Source: a virus
Taxonomy: Duplodnaviria > Caudoviricetes
Virus record (IMG/VR): IMGVR_UViG_3300032323_001487
Span: 13,231-77,230 of that record
DNA length: 64,000 nt
Strand: one strand, 5' to 3'
Shown here piece after piece: positions 47,801-56,324 of this stretch (positions within the stretch are counted from its first letter, which is position 1; each line of letters opens with the position of its first letter). The notes under the pieces were generated by a model, which did no database searches, was not told the origin of the DNA, and worked only from the letters and a program-made list of their open reading frames with translations. The translations under genes were made by a program, and so were the position numbers.

Positions 47801-50800
47801 TTCCTACAACGAAGGCGCTATATTAAGAAAGATTAAGGTTACTGGTCAGCGGGCTAGGGCATCTGCCTACAGAAGGGCCGCGCCTGATTACAAACTTGTG
47901 TCTATTAGCGTTACTGACCCAAACAACGAGGCTGTTAACAAGTTTGACTTACAAATTAATAGAACTGGCAGAAGCGAATGGTACTTAACTGCTAGTGGCG
48001 GTGAGATAGCACCTGGCGAGCCTAAGCGTGTCTATAAAATCTTTAGTACGCCTGAAGTAGCACTAGAAGAGGCAAGAAAACTTTCCAAGGACCGCCTAGG
48101 AAAGGATATGATTCCTGACTTTAGCGATATTGGCTACAAGTCTTCGCCGAGCACTAGAACAATAGACGACATACTCGCACACTCTTCTACTGTTATTGAC
48201 TCTACTGGCGCAACGGAAGTTTCTGCGCTTGGTGGAGTAAACGGCGCTAAAAAAGTTAAACTTTCAGATGGAAGAATATTTAAGCGCAAGGGTGGAGGCA
48301 TTACCTCTGGTCCTGACGCTACTAGAGAAGCAGAGAACAAGAGACGAGTAGATGCCGAAGTATTTGCTCACGCTGTTTATAACTTTGCTGGAATCCAAGC
48401 AACTAACGCACAAAAGGGCAAAAACGGCTCAGAGTCTGTGATTATGGACCCTTGGGTGAATTCCGACAGTCGTAGAAATTGGATGCAGACCACCGAGCGT
48501 TCTGGGTCTGGCACCCAAATTGGTGAAGACGTTCAGCGCGGTTTTGTGATTGATGCTTTATTTGACAACCGCGATATTGCCACTAACTCTGGCAACATTA
48601 TTGTCGGAACCGACGGTAGAGCATACCGTTGCGACATGGGTGGCGCTGGTCTGTTCAAGGCTGGTGGAGACCGTGCAGTTCGAGCAACTACCTTCCAGCC
48701 TGATAGAGGCGAATCTTCTGTAGATTATTTTATGGGCAACTATATGGACTGGAGAAGTTCTACTATCTACAAAGGTCTGAGCGAAGAAAAGCGCAAGCAA
48801 TTCGCTATTGACCACTTGGTCCCTCTTACTGACGAGGCGCTAGACAAACTTGGTGTTCTTATCGAAAACGAAGAAGACAGGAAGAAAACTCTTGACATTC
48901 TAAAGGCTCGCAGAGACGGTATTCTCCGCAAGTTGGGAATTGACATCGAGGAAGAGCGCAGAAAGCGTGCTGGTTCTTCTGCCGCTGAGCCTGAGCCTGA
49001 GTCTGAAGATGTTGTAGAAGTTCCAGACACTTCAGAAGAAACCATCGATGAGCCAATATTGTTGGAAGAACCCGTACCTTCTGGTCCTAAGAGGGTAAAG
49101 ATGTCTGACCGTCTGCCTTTGAAGAGAACTCCTGATGGCGTTTATTACCCAGAACGTCACTCAGACCTGTTCCCTTACACTCAGAAGATAAGAAACGGCG
49201 AGATTGTTCCTGAAGAACTTCCTTTCGCTTTCAAGCAACCTATACCTGTTATAGACGCTGGTGGATTCTATATGAGTACCCCACCAAGTTACGTTGACGC
49301 TAACGGAATCTACAGGACTTCTGCTTTCGGAACTTTCAATACTTTTATTAGAAGAAAGAACGCTGACGGAAGTTACTCAATTCTTGGATTTGGTAGAGGC
49401 ATAGGCGACAGAGAAGTTCTCGGTGGATTGATTGAAGATAGAGGTGCTTACAGCCACGACGCTGACGCTGAACACCTACGTCAAGTTTTGGATTCTAAAA
49501 CTCACGGACTTGAGAGCAAAACTCCTGTAACGCACGAAGTCGAGTTGGCTCCTGGCTACAAGTCACGAGTTTCTATCTACGACTTGTCAGAAGATGAGGC
49601 TAGAGACTTGAACTTAGCCAATGAACGACTCCTTTCTGACGACGATGGTGGAAAATACAGAAACAGGGAGTGGATGAGTCAGAGCGATTTCCTAGACCGA
49701 ATCTCTGACCCTGAGTGGTCCGCTAACCCTGACAACCTTCAAGGACTTAGAGCCATCTTCTCTCTTCCTACGGGACCAACTCCTATATCAAAGCCTCTAG
49801 GCGTGCCTCGTTCTGACGATGAAGACATCGAAGTTGGAACTATTGAGTGGTCTAGAACCTCCGAGGTGCTAGGCAAGTCTTATACGGTTTCTAAACTGAC
49901 CAACGGAACTTACTCGATTAATGATTCGTCTGGTAAGACAATTGCTGAAGTAAGACCTGCTAAGGGGCTTTACAAGTTTGAAGCGTATATTCTTCCAAAC
50001 AACATCGGCACTCCAGGCAACCCTGGAGCAAGACTCGCTTTCTTTGACAATGACAGGCAAGCCACCGCTTGGGCTGGAGACTTAGCCACAGAAATCATCG
50101 GCGGAGACAAAAACCTATTCAACGAATTGGGTGTTGGCGAAGTTGACTTAGGTCCTATTAGCCCAGTGGTCCACAAGGGCGGACACCTAGACAAGGCAAC
50201 CGAAGACCAAATCGCTACGCTAACTAGATTGGTCAACACTAAAGAAATGGTCGGTGCTACTCGCGCCCAGTACAGAGAGCACCTAAGAAAGCCAAACCTT
50301 GTAAAGGGTGAGGTTGGTTCTTTGATTAGGCAACTATCTAGAACTCCAGACCGTAGCGATGATGTTACTGCTTCGGAGCGAGATGGCGAATCAGTAACTC
50401 CTAGCAAGCCAACCGATGGTGGCATCGTTCCGCCTAAGGGTCCTTCGGGCGACGAAGATATGACCACTAGTCCTTTCATTAGAAAGAAGGCTTCCGAACT
50501 CGCACCTGGTGACAAGATTGTCAATGCTAAGGGTGAATACATCGGCAAGGTAGCAATTACCTACGTCGACAAGGAAAACGGCAAAGTCACCGTCGCGATG
50601 ATTGATAAGACTGGTGCTTCTGTAAACCTAGAAGAAGCCCTAATGGACGACTCTTACCTAGTCGACCCTAGAGTTCCAGCCGCTGTTGCCGTGCCTGAAG
50701 GTAAGGACAAGGAAGAGGGCGCTGGAGGCGCTGGTGGCGGAGACACCACCGCTCTACCTGGCGGACTAAGAGCGTTTAGGGCACGTAGCAGTTACATTAT

Positions 50801-53800
50801 TGACCAAGTCAAGACCGCCTACCCTACCGCTGTCCAGTTGCCAAACGGTGACCTAGTTATTGCTGAGCGAGAATACACCGAGCGTTCAAGACTAAGAAGA
50901 ACTTTCAAGTATCAGGTTGTAGTCCACCGCCTACCAAACGAGCGTTTTGTTGCTTACGCTCGAGAAGTATTGCTTAAGCCAGATGGTTCGATTGACCCTG
51001 ACTACACTCCTCGCGCAGGTAGAGTCACTCCTCAGACTCACTCGCCTTTGGCGTTGCTAAACGACATTCCACCACTACTAAACGGTGAAGGCCCAGAGCA
51101 GGGTATTTTGAAGCGCAACCCTAGACAATGGCTGTCTAACAGTGGTGACTTGCAGAACGAGGTAGTGAACCCTGCTACTGGTCAGTTGTTGCCTGAAACT
51201 CTTTCTCCTAGGGTCGGGGAAAAGTTTATTGGGGACACTGGTATCAAGACCACTGGAGACGGTGTGAAGGATGCTCTAATCGGATACATCGCTGAGTTGG
51301 TAGACAGAGGAGTCCTTGATAGAGACATTATTTCTCGTATGACTTCTGGTCGTCAGACTGCTCTGAACAAAGAACAGGTAATTGACCTAGTAGAACGTAT
51401 CGAGGCTAACCGAAACTTCCCTGGTGTGAACGCTATTCCTTATGTTGCTAGAGACAATGCTTCTATTGTTCGAATTGGTGACAAGGTCAGACACTACTCA
51501 CCTAGTGGTCGAATCAAGGAAGGTGTGGTCATGGACCGCATCCAGTTGGTTATCAACAGGAAGCCTTCTGGACAATACGAGTACACCGATAAGGTTTGGG
51601 TTCAATTCCCTGGACGCGCTGGTTGGACTGAAATTACCACTCGCAACTTGGAGATTCTAAAGCGTAAGGACGGTAGCGACCCGCTACCAGCAATTGATGC
51701 TGAAACCAAGAGACCTATTTCTCCAATTCCTCCTGCTGCCCCTGAGACCGACAGAACTCCTATTCCTACGAGAGACGGCTCTGGAACTTCAGAGGCTTCC
51801 GATGAGTTCCTAAATGGACTAGATGAGTTCGGTGATGCTCACGTAAATGCTATGAATGGTGGACACTCTAAGTACGGTCTACCTGAAGGCTATAAGGCCA
51901 GTGTTCGAGAAGGTGGAGGAATGCAAGTCACTCAAGACTCTGGTTCCACGCTAGGACTATTTGCACCTAATCCTGATGGCACAGTTTCGGTGTATTTTAC
52001 GTATCCAGGTTTTGTTGGAATTAATAAGAGCAAGACGGTAGCCACTAAGACAGAGGCCATGAGGCTTGTGGCTGAGGCGATGAAAATTGACGCTGGAATA
52101 ATTCCAGCCCCGACTAATGTCCACAAAAAAGGCGAGGCAGTATCCGTGGACGATGTTTATGATTACACAGGTGCCGAAGACAGTTCAGGTGTAGTTCACC
52201 AAATTACTAGAACTGGGCTTAGCACTACTTTTTCTAATCCTGCTACTGGCGAGAAACATCCTATTAGTGTGAGCAATAACCTAGATGGTACGTGGAAAGT
52301 TACGGGGATATCTGGCATCGGAGAAACTCTCTACTCCCCTTCTTCTAGACAAGAAGCAGAGGCAGTTGCTATTAGCGCCCTTAGCAGGGGAGATAGTGCT
52401 CCTTCTGTGCCCGCTGATGTCGGTCTAACCCACAGGCGTGGTGACACTATCGACATGGCTAAGGCTGGTAGTTACACAAAGGTAGAAAGCGCTGACGGTA
52501 GGATGCACAATGTCAATCGTCAGGCTATTGAAACTACTTTTACCGATGTAGACACGGGCGAGGTTCATGACATTTCAGTTAAGCGTGCGGCTGGTGGTAA
52601 GTGGAGAGTTGTTAGTAGCAGCGCTAGGTTGGAGACCGTTCATGGCTCTAGAGATGAAGCCGAAGCCTATGCTATAACTAGAATTAATTCTGGCGCTCGC
52701 CCATCAGAGTGGCTTGACGGTAGAGTAAGCCCTGCGCCAGACCTAGAAGACTTTGATGCCGCGGTTAAGTCGCTTGATGGCATGATTGAACTAACTAACT
52801 GGCATGCAGAACTAATGAATAGGGATGACGCTCCTGAAGAGTTCAAGGTACCAGAAGGTTATAAGGTAACTATCAGGTCTGGCGAGTCCATGACAATCGA
52901 ACATCTAGACAGACCAACGGATAATTTAAGAGTAGAAGTCATTAGAAGACCAGACTTGTCTTGGGAAGTTCAAACTAGGAGACCTGGTGGTTTTGCGGTC
53001 ACTATTCCTCCTATCTATAAGAACAGAGTAGCGCCTAACCCTATTGAAGCCATCAAGATGGCAAATAGCGACCTAAAGAACGCTCGCGCTGGTGCTCCTC
53101 ACGACGGTATGAAGTTGGAAGACCGTATGGCTGACCTGACTAACAATGACCGTTTCCTTGAGGACATGCACACCTACTTGTTTACTGACACTTCGCTTCC
53201 TACGGAACTTAGAAACAGATACAAGTTACCTGAGGGCTACTCAGCGGTGAGAAGAACTTCTAGTGGTGGCTACGGAAGCGTATTTATCACAAAGAAGAAC
53301 GCTGACGGAGTTACCGACCCTGATTCTCCTATCGCCGAAATCTCATTAGTTAGAGACGGCAAGAGAACAATTACAGTTTGGGCAAACGATTCAGACAGAA
53401 TGGCTAGCAGACCAGTATTTGAAGGTAGAACTGCCCTAGACCCAGAGCACGCTATTGCTATGGTCTCTTCTGATTTGCGCTCTGCGATTCAAGGTAGACC
53501 TGCTCGTGACATCAAGCAATACAAGGACCTCGGTTCGGCACCTGCTCCTGCCCCTGCTAGCCCCGAGGCTCCTGCTACCCCTAGCGTTCCTGCTGGTGCT
53601 CCAGCACTGCCAGAGGGCTACACGGTCCGTGGCGGAGAAGGCGACGCTCCTACTATTCTTCGTTCTAACGATATGTCTAAGCCATATATGCGTATCGAGA
53701 AGTCAACTGACGAAAACGGTAACGTAATTTTCAAGGGCAAGGCTTGGAACAATGGTAAGGACGCTCTTGACGACTTGTCACCTGCCGAAGAAAAGGACTT

Positions 53801-55328
53801 TACTGACCGCGAGAAGGCTATGAAGTGGGCTACTCGTAGGGCAGAGGACCCTTCTAGAATCGGCAAGCCTGACGAGCCAGAGACCAAGTGGGACACAGAC
53901 GCTGACGGTAGAGAAGTATTGACCGTTACTGGCATCGAAGGTAGCGATGATGACAGCAACCCTGCCGCTCTTATTACTGATGTGCCTGGCGTTGGAGTTC
54001 TTGGCGCTGTTTACAACAAGAAGTCTGGTATTGGTGGAACTCCTTACGAAGTTCGCACTTTCCGTAGCAGAGATGAAGCCAAGGAATGGGCCAATGGTTT
54101 AATCAACGGCGAGTTAGAAAAATTTAAGAATGGCGAAGAGTCCGACCTATTCAAGAACTCTAAGGATTCGGAAGGTATGCCAGAGCCTATTACTAGGGAT
54201 TTTCTGAGACCTTACCTAGATGACCCAATTATTAAACCCGACACTCCTACTAGTTTAGTTGCCAAAGACATTCTTAAGGACCAAGACCGTTATGACCCAG
54301 AAAAAACTACTGGAGAAGCCCTTTGGTTTGACGCCCTTGCTCTTAAGGAAAGATTAAGAAGAGAAGCGGATTCTGTAGATTTTAGCCCTATGGTAACCGA
54401 AGCAGCCGACCTAAGAAATTTTAAAGAGCAATGGAGGGACTTTAAGTATCAGCAAATAGAAAACTTTGTTGAATACAACAACGAAAGAGTTAAAAAGTTG
54501 TTGGCGATAAGAAGTAGAGCCTACCAAGATGGAGTGTTTAATGAAGCACTTCACAAGGAACTTATGGCTAACTTTACTTTTGCTCAGAACAGGGTCAGAG
54601 ACAGGATGGAACGCGCTAAAGTAGCAAAAAACATCAAAATTGAAGACCTTTTCACAATGATTAATGCCCCCACTCCTGAAGAGCGCAGACTGAAAAATCA
54701 GTTCGAAACTAGGACAACTGGTGGTTACGCTGCTTTCCGCGATGACCCCAAGTGGGGAATGAGACGTAGAAGGGCTGAGTGGAGATTTGGTAACGTCTCA
54801 CTGACTGCCACCGATGACATGAGGACTAAGTATGGGTTCCCCTTAAATAACGGTGTGAACGGTATTGGAGAAGTTACCGACTTTGATGGTCCTGAGGATG
54901 TTGTAGGTTACAGAAACGTAACTGCCGCGGTTAGGCGAAACGTGGATTCGGCTTTAAATAGCGGAATGAAGTCTGAGACTGCTTACCAGTACGGCGACAT
55001 AATTCTAGTTATGAAGGATTCAGTAAAGAACAGAACTACCGTTACTTTTAGAGATTCTTTGGACGCTCCAGTAACAGCAATGCCTATGTTAGGATTCACT
55101 GACGAGCAGATGTGGAACGCTGGCTGGGGAGATAAAATTAAAATCAATAACGATGGTGGTATTGAAAACTACGGTGGTAGTTACTTTGAAATTCAAATGA
55201 ATGGTCGAATTGGTCTAGAAGAAGTGGAAGCAATTTACGTTAATAGCGAGACTCAGAAGAGAGAAGTCGAGTCTAAATTAAGAGCAATAGGCATTGGCAT
55301 CCCCGTGCAAATTAAGTCTAGGAGGTAG
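41889..55328 (+). CDS. Giant multi-domain (polyvalent) protein 2: GNAT-like, kinase-like, degenerate Nudix, internal repeats, DUF3626-like C-terminus
   Basis: 4479-aa ORF with SD AGGAG; Q.SGLA.ALY (about 45280); DALFDNRD...GN..DMGG (48550-48650); QFET..GG, YGD..L..K..V..RTT.T..DS, YFEIQ..G (54700-55210). Confidence 0.75.
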   Translation: MTDAFGLSHPDDSPIVAASNAYSGKNSAAARRLRVKLQRRDRYGRWVEMGGVLSFKVRVNGEVQTKIGRAVGGSERDGYIRVVIPEGQGIRPGTYHISEKVSRTAKAMLGEDYLEEKGVRVDSNGNSIGEVLDRDIEDVKDLFREDTSDLDRAMLDGVLSDDEKSALEKSRQASPTHKSYNVVDESGKRVDEDEVGGLDFTDIADSRNWRLRKNRDGSIKSGKYLSPDKKLRAEIYQTESGKTYMKVSYPTDKNLIENEEVGALTEDDLLGDSRNLSTGYGRALDSVDKTVKGAKAVLPAPDKEEQKKIDAERKAMEDLVKASPVRESYAMPELYMAEATDDELFARLKSLEERDTNNDSLFLKDGEIRNLRAERESVIIDDIRRELKSRGLAIPKSVKPAKRPLKKPAKPSEQPDNWLSAPSLRVGDQIVDADGKRKKIASITPEPDGTRALIKFADGSERMYEGEELVQIAGKNVIKEDVPVEPVAPKFPDANRSNVYDNAAKALGITPEELKADRRIFDAVEHTSDLIDKREADALDDFMGEDGTTRLYSSLTDAIAKHYALTKNGELYQPEPLGRDNKDLLEKARAGGATINPLSRRNRLQGWAVAVRGNNDEIIDTVALEDGIGDLLMNDYVNRNIDKFGGNKYLGLWHDKKSHELVYDVSEVFKEDNVEEATKAGKDRNQKAIFNLKTWDEIETGGTGDNGRARKERESARLGGDKSRGVEEPEPERADSAPEERTPVSDSGVDAARAEDEEGLREHLRELPSFLRDNLLELLPTGIYESDKKSIAENIDRLENSLDKGSSAITQALKALSRSLAKAEKKQDEKDADNREVADLLDETIMQVSLAHNFAKSITVAPSAPGQPEGKLTQPGSASSRRISPSSDGSEFAPTPRMARDSGGGTEDPISDLSDIVDDTDPEIVRQLRAMDLAVDYDSLSDSQKNTYNNLKTFQENAVRALTIAAVSDNMEKYKRQRTIALSVTRAYNGFITAINTGNPREDYISTGSMENRTRNLTFIEDSITTKTGRDTRTKIIDKAKAIFVARDGSVYELSMDRYNSDIEARKLDASGNYVRLPSGTERAATLNHLGGGDDGFHTESEAYLDPYSPNSDKIRPVSPGMIRTEDSLQSSGLAGALYAFLGYVHNQNGRGFMHSAYLLRMGNLASKLVNKNLKYHHPAQKEKALTVINPNSDIIQSMSDAGWFDRSYRAFTTLTYYPSDHSSLDIPGKMTFQNFLKPLDGSLAGGDNIGPLWNMDKSIHELADELGVAAMELPDVANYFKDYLDGGKKDWELINIQGTLLDTAFLGGATKEDALSKLRNLKKAVDVISADVSLGSSIRRISGGLSESLDDLIPAIDARSFDDSTRVERPKDMDFNAFSKVNSDPYTAKNGYEPFRTDFIMPEGVPPIDSSDSYMPKRVYPAEWINSDTPAPSSWSDEGGTLELQTEERLVDALRQSIRNKSDLAVMSFDGVDRNIQARSIYDAIRRKSLDHNMILAKLYDEVLGGDENQRRLEEFRRTAPSIKSEAAELIESVGIVIPPADFEFGGMYDEDAHRLSAGSAIFDDEVTGEGFGLQLSKLSENENLQTPSYMSLDRNPYVSVDEADDWSRLGTSDNPRIIARNFSRSGLSQGLVSAVKRNSSYVNLQFANGTERSISILAIRDALQHQGVDTNALLKSAGAKRVREYIRSLNVADNGERVTNTFQVGANPGFLRTNTYANPETESNGRATVIIDDPNGTSFDSLGSGSKVIGLTRLDTTTDPLRPYAVVWFGKKDAVALSRFNVEDHESKVVERYETRAEADAVLGDLARDDMFFVDQIMPGSGALPPLKITKQIPSTLPMVERRLGSKTTSYQIGIIDPKVVHFSDNRGVLGEGGKDDLFRDDNGNILATVTASEDGQFQAKVDSLTETFTNRDMALWWAGDELARKLEANVNFFDNSRVPAERPKNFLSGYEESETLTTDLTLSTYGVLSYNEGAILRKIKVTGQRARASAYRRAAPDYKLVSISVTDPNNEAVNKFDLQINRTGRSEWYLTASGGEIAPGEPKRVYKIFSTPEVALEEARKLSKDRLGKDMIPDFSDIGYKSSPSTRTIDDILAHSSTVIDSTGATEVSALGGVNGAKKVKLSDGRIFKRKGGGITSGPDATREAENKRRVDAEVFAHAVYNFAGIQATNAQKGKNGSESVIMDPWVNSDSRRNWMQTTERSGSGTQIGEDVQRGFVIDALFDNRDIATNSGNIIVGTDGRAYRCDMGGAGLFKAGGDRAVRATTFQPDRGESSVDYFMGNYMDWRSSTIYKGLSEEKRKQFAIDHLVPLTDEALDKLGVLIENEEDRKKTLDILKARRDGILRKLGIDIEEERRKRAGSSAAEPEPESEDVVEVPDTSEETIDEPILLEEPVPSGPKRVKMSDRLPLKRTPDGVYYPERHSDLFPYTQKIRNGEIVPEELPFAFKQPIPVIDAGGFYMSTPPSYVDANGIYRTSAFGTFNTFIRRKNADGSYSILGFGRGIGDREVLGGLIEDRGAYSHDADAEHLRQVLDSKTHGLESKTPVTHEVELAPGYKSRVSIYDLSEDEARDLNLANERLLSDDDGGKYRNREWMSQSDFLDRISDPEWSANPDNLQGLRAIFSLPTGPTPISKPLGVPRSDDEDIEVGTIEWSRTSEVLGKSYTVSKLTNGTYSINDSSGKTIAEVRPAKGLYKFEAYILPNNIGTPGNPGARLAFFDNDRQATAWAGDLATEIIGGDKNLFNELGVGEVDLGPISPVVHKGGHLDKATEDQIATLTRLVNTKEMVGATRAQYREHLRKPNLVKGEVGSLIRQLSRTPDRSDDVTASERDGESVTPSKPTDGGIVPPKGPSGDEDMTTSPFIRKKASELAPGDKIVNAKGEYIGKVAITYVDKENGKVTVAMIDKTGASVNLEEALMDDSYLVDPRVPAAVAVPEGKDKEEGAGGAGGGDTTALPGGLRAFRARSSYIIDQVKTAYPTAVQLPNGDLVIAEREYTERSRLRRTFKYQVVVHRLPNERFVAYAREVLLKPDGSIDPDYTPRAGRVTPQTHSPLALLNDIPPLLNGEGPEQGILKRNPRQWLSNSGDLQNEVVNPATGQLLPETLSPRVGEKFIGDTGIKTTGDGVKDALIGYIAELVDRGVLDRDIISRMTSGRQTALNKEQVIDLVERIEANRNFPGVNAIPYVARDNASIVRIGDKVRHYSPSGRIKEGVVMDRIQLVINRKPSGQYEYTDKVWVQFPGRAGWTEITTRNLEILKRKDGSDPLPAIDAETKRPISPIPPAAPETDRTPIPTRDGSGTSEASDEFLNGLDEFGDAHVNAMNGGHSKYGLPEGYKASVREGGGMQVTQDSGSTLGLFAPNPDGTVSVYFTYPGFVGINKSKTVATKTEAMRLVAEAMKIDAGIIPAPTNVHKKGEAVSVDDVYDYTGAEDSSGVVHQITRTGLSTTFSNPATGEKHPISVSNNLDGTWKVTGISGIGETLYSPSSRQEAEAVAISALSRGDSAPSVPADVGLTHRRGDTIDMAKAGSYTKVESADGRMHNVNRQAIETTFTDVDTGEVHDISVKRAAGGKWRVVSSSARLETVHGSRDEAEAYAITRINSGARPSEWLDGRVSPAPDLEDFDAAVKSLDGMIELTNWHAELMNRDDAPEEFKVPEGYKVTIRSGESMTIEHLDRPTDNLRVEVIRRPDLSWEVQTRRPGGFAVTIPPIYKNRVAPNPIEAIKMANSDLKNARAGAPHDGMKLEDRMADLTNNDRFLEDMHTYLFTDTSLPTELRNRYKLPEGYSAVRRTSSGGYGSVFITKKNADGVTDPDSPIAEISLVRDGKRTITVWANDSDRMASRPVFEGRTALDPEHAIAMVSSDLRSAIQGRPARDIKQYKDLGSAPAPAPASPEAPATPSVPAGAPALPEGYTVRGGEGDAPTILRSNDMSKPYMRIEKSTDENGNVIFKGKAWNNGKDALDDLSPAEEKDFTDREKAMKWATRRAEDPSRIGKPDEPETKWDTDADGREVLTVTGIEGSDDDSNPAALITDVPGVGVLGAVYNKKSGIGGTPYEVRTFRSRDEAKEWANGLINGELEKFKNGEESDLFKNSKDSEGMPEPITRDFLRPYLDDPIIKPDTPTSLVAKDILKDQDRYDPEKTTGEALWFDALALKERLRREADSVDFSPMVTEAADLRNFKEQWRDFKYQQIENFVEYNNERVKKLLAIRSRAYQDGVFNEALHKELMANFTFAQNRVRDRMERAKVAKNIKIEDLFTMINAPTPEERRLKNQFETRTTGGYAAFRDDPKWGMRRRRAEWRFGNVSLTATDDMRTKYGFPLNNGVNGIGEVTDFDGPEDVVGYRNVTAAVRRNVDSALNSGMKSETAYQYGDIILVMKDSVKNRTTVTFRDSLDAPVTAMPMLGFTDEQMWNAGWGDKIKINNDGGIENYGGSYFEIQMNGRIGLEEVEAIYVNSETQKREVESKLRAIGIGIPVQIKSRR

Positions 55329-55330
55329 TC

Positions 55331-55609
55331 ATGGAAATCGGTAAAACAGAAATGTATGTGAGGGCAAGCCTGCCGTCTTTAGTAATTATTTACGATTTCA
55401 CAATTGGTGACGTTACCTATGTCCACGTAATAGATAAAAATCTAGAAAATAACGAAATAGAAATAGTTCCTCTAGATTATGTCTACAAGCACTTGCCAGG
55501 CGACTGGACCCCAGCAACTGATGACGAAGGGCTTCCGCTAATAAAGGTCACTAGAGAAGATGTCAAGGACTTGAACGTGAAGTTTTTTCTAAAAGAGGAC
55601 AGTGAATAA
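55331..55609 (+). CDS. Small ORF after giant protein 2 (candidate immunity or partner)
   Basis: SD AGGAGG overlaps the end of the giant ORF. Confidence 0.6.
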   Translation: MEIGKTEMYVRASLPSLVIIYDFTIGDVTYVHVIDKNLENNEIEIVPLDYVYKHLPGDWTPATDDEGLPLIKVTREDVKDLNVKFFLKEDSE

Positions 55610-56301
55610 TGCCAGAAAATAAAAACTTTACTTTGGACTCTAACTCTCTAGGCACCCTATTCAAGACAGTTGGCGTTATCACCGCTCAAGGCAAGGAAAA
55701 CTATAACAGCACCATCCTAGGCGCTTACTACGACAGAGCCGAGGAAACTAAGGGCTTGTATGTGGTTATGCCAAACGGTGAAATCAAGTATTTTGATGTC
55801 GAGGACGTAAACATCAAGTCCGAGGGGACCGACGAACTAATTGGTTTTTCTTTAGATGAGACTGAGTATATTCTCAGAACTTTGATGGAAGACGATGGCG
55901 AGTGGATTTCTTCCTACAAGATGCCGATTCCAGAACTCATTATAGAAAAAAAGATTATCGGTGAGTCTCTGCCAGCAATCAATAAACTTACTGGCTTTGA
56001 GTTACCCGAGTTGCCTCCGTTCTTTGAGGCGTTCTTTGTCTATAAGTCAGAGACTTCGGACTACTTGATGTCTATTAATTACCTAACAAACTATCGCAAC
56101 TACGTACGTTCAAACGCCCGATGGGTGTTTGAGGACATGTCTCAGGACTATTACGAAGACCTAGAGGTCTTTGAAGTAGATAAAGAACGGGCTAAGGCTT
56201 TTCTGTATTTATATGACCGCCAAAAGGGTTATCTAAAGTTCTCAGAAGTCAAGACTTACTTATCGACCCCGTCTACATCTACTATAATCAATAATGACTA
56301 A
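55609..56301 (+). CDS. Hypothetical acidic protein
   Basis: TAATG coupling; 230 aa. Confidence 0.7.
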   Translation: MPENKNFTLDSNSLGTLFKTVGVITAQGKENYNSTILGAYYDRAEETKGLYVVMPNGEIKYFDVEDVNIKSEGTDELIGFSLDETEYILRTLMEDDGEWISSYKMPIPELIIEKKIIGESLPAINKLTGFELPELPPFFEAFFVYKSETSDYLMSINYLTNYRNYVRSNARWVFEDMSQDYYEDLEVFEVDKERAKAFLYLYDRQKGYLKFSEVKTYLSTPSTSTIINND

Positions 56302-56324
56302 TAACCTTTGGTAAGGAACGGGTA

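Noticed and set aside
34673-55328. Giant ORFs as tape measure protein or virion RNA polymerase
   Set aside because: They lie in the head module, lack the helical Ala/Gly-rich tape-measure pattern, and I saw no DxDGD-type polymerase motif in a convincing context
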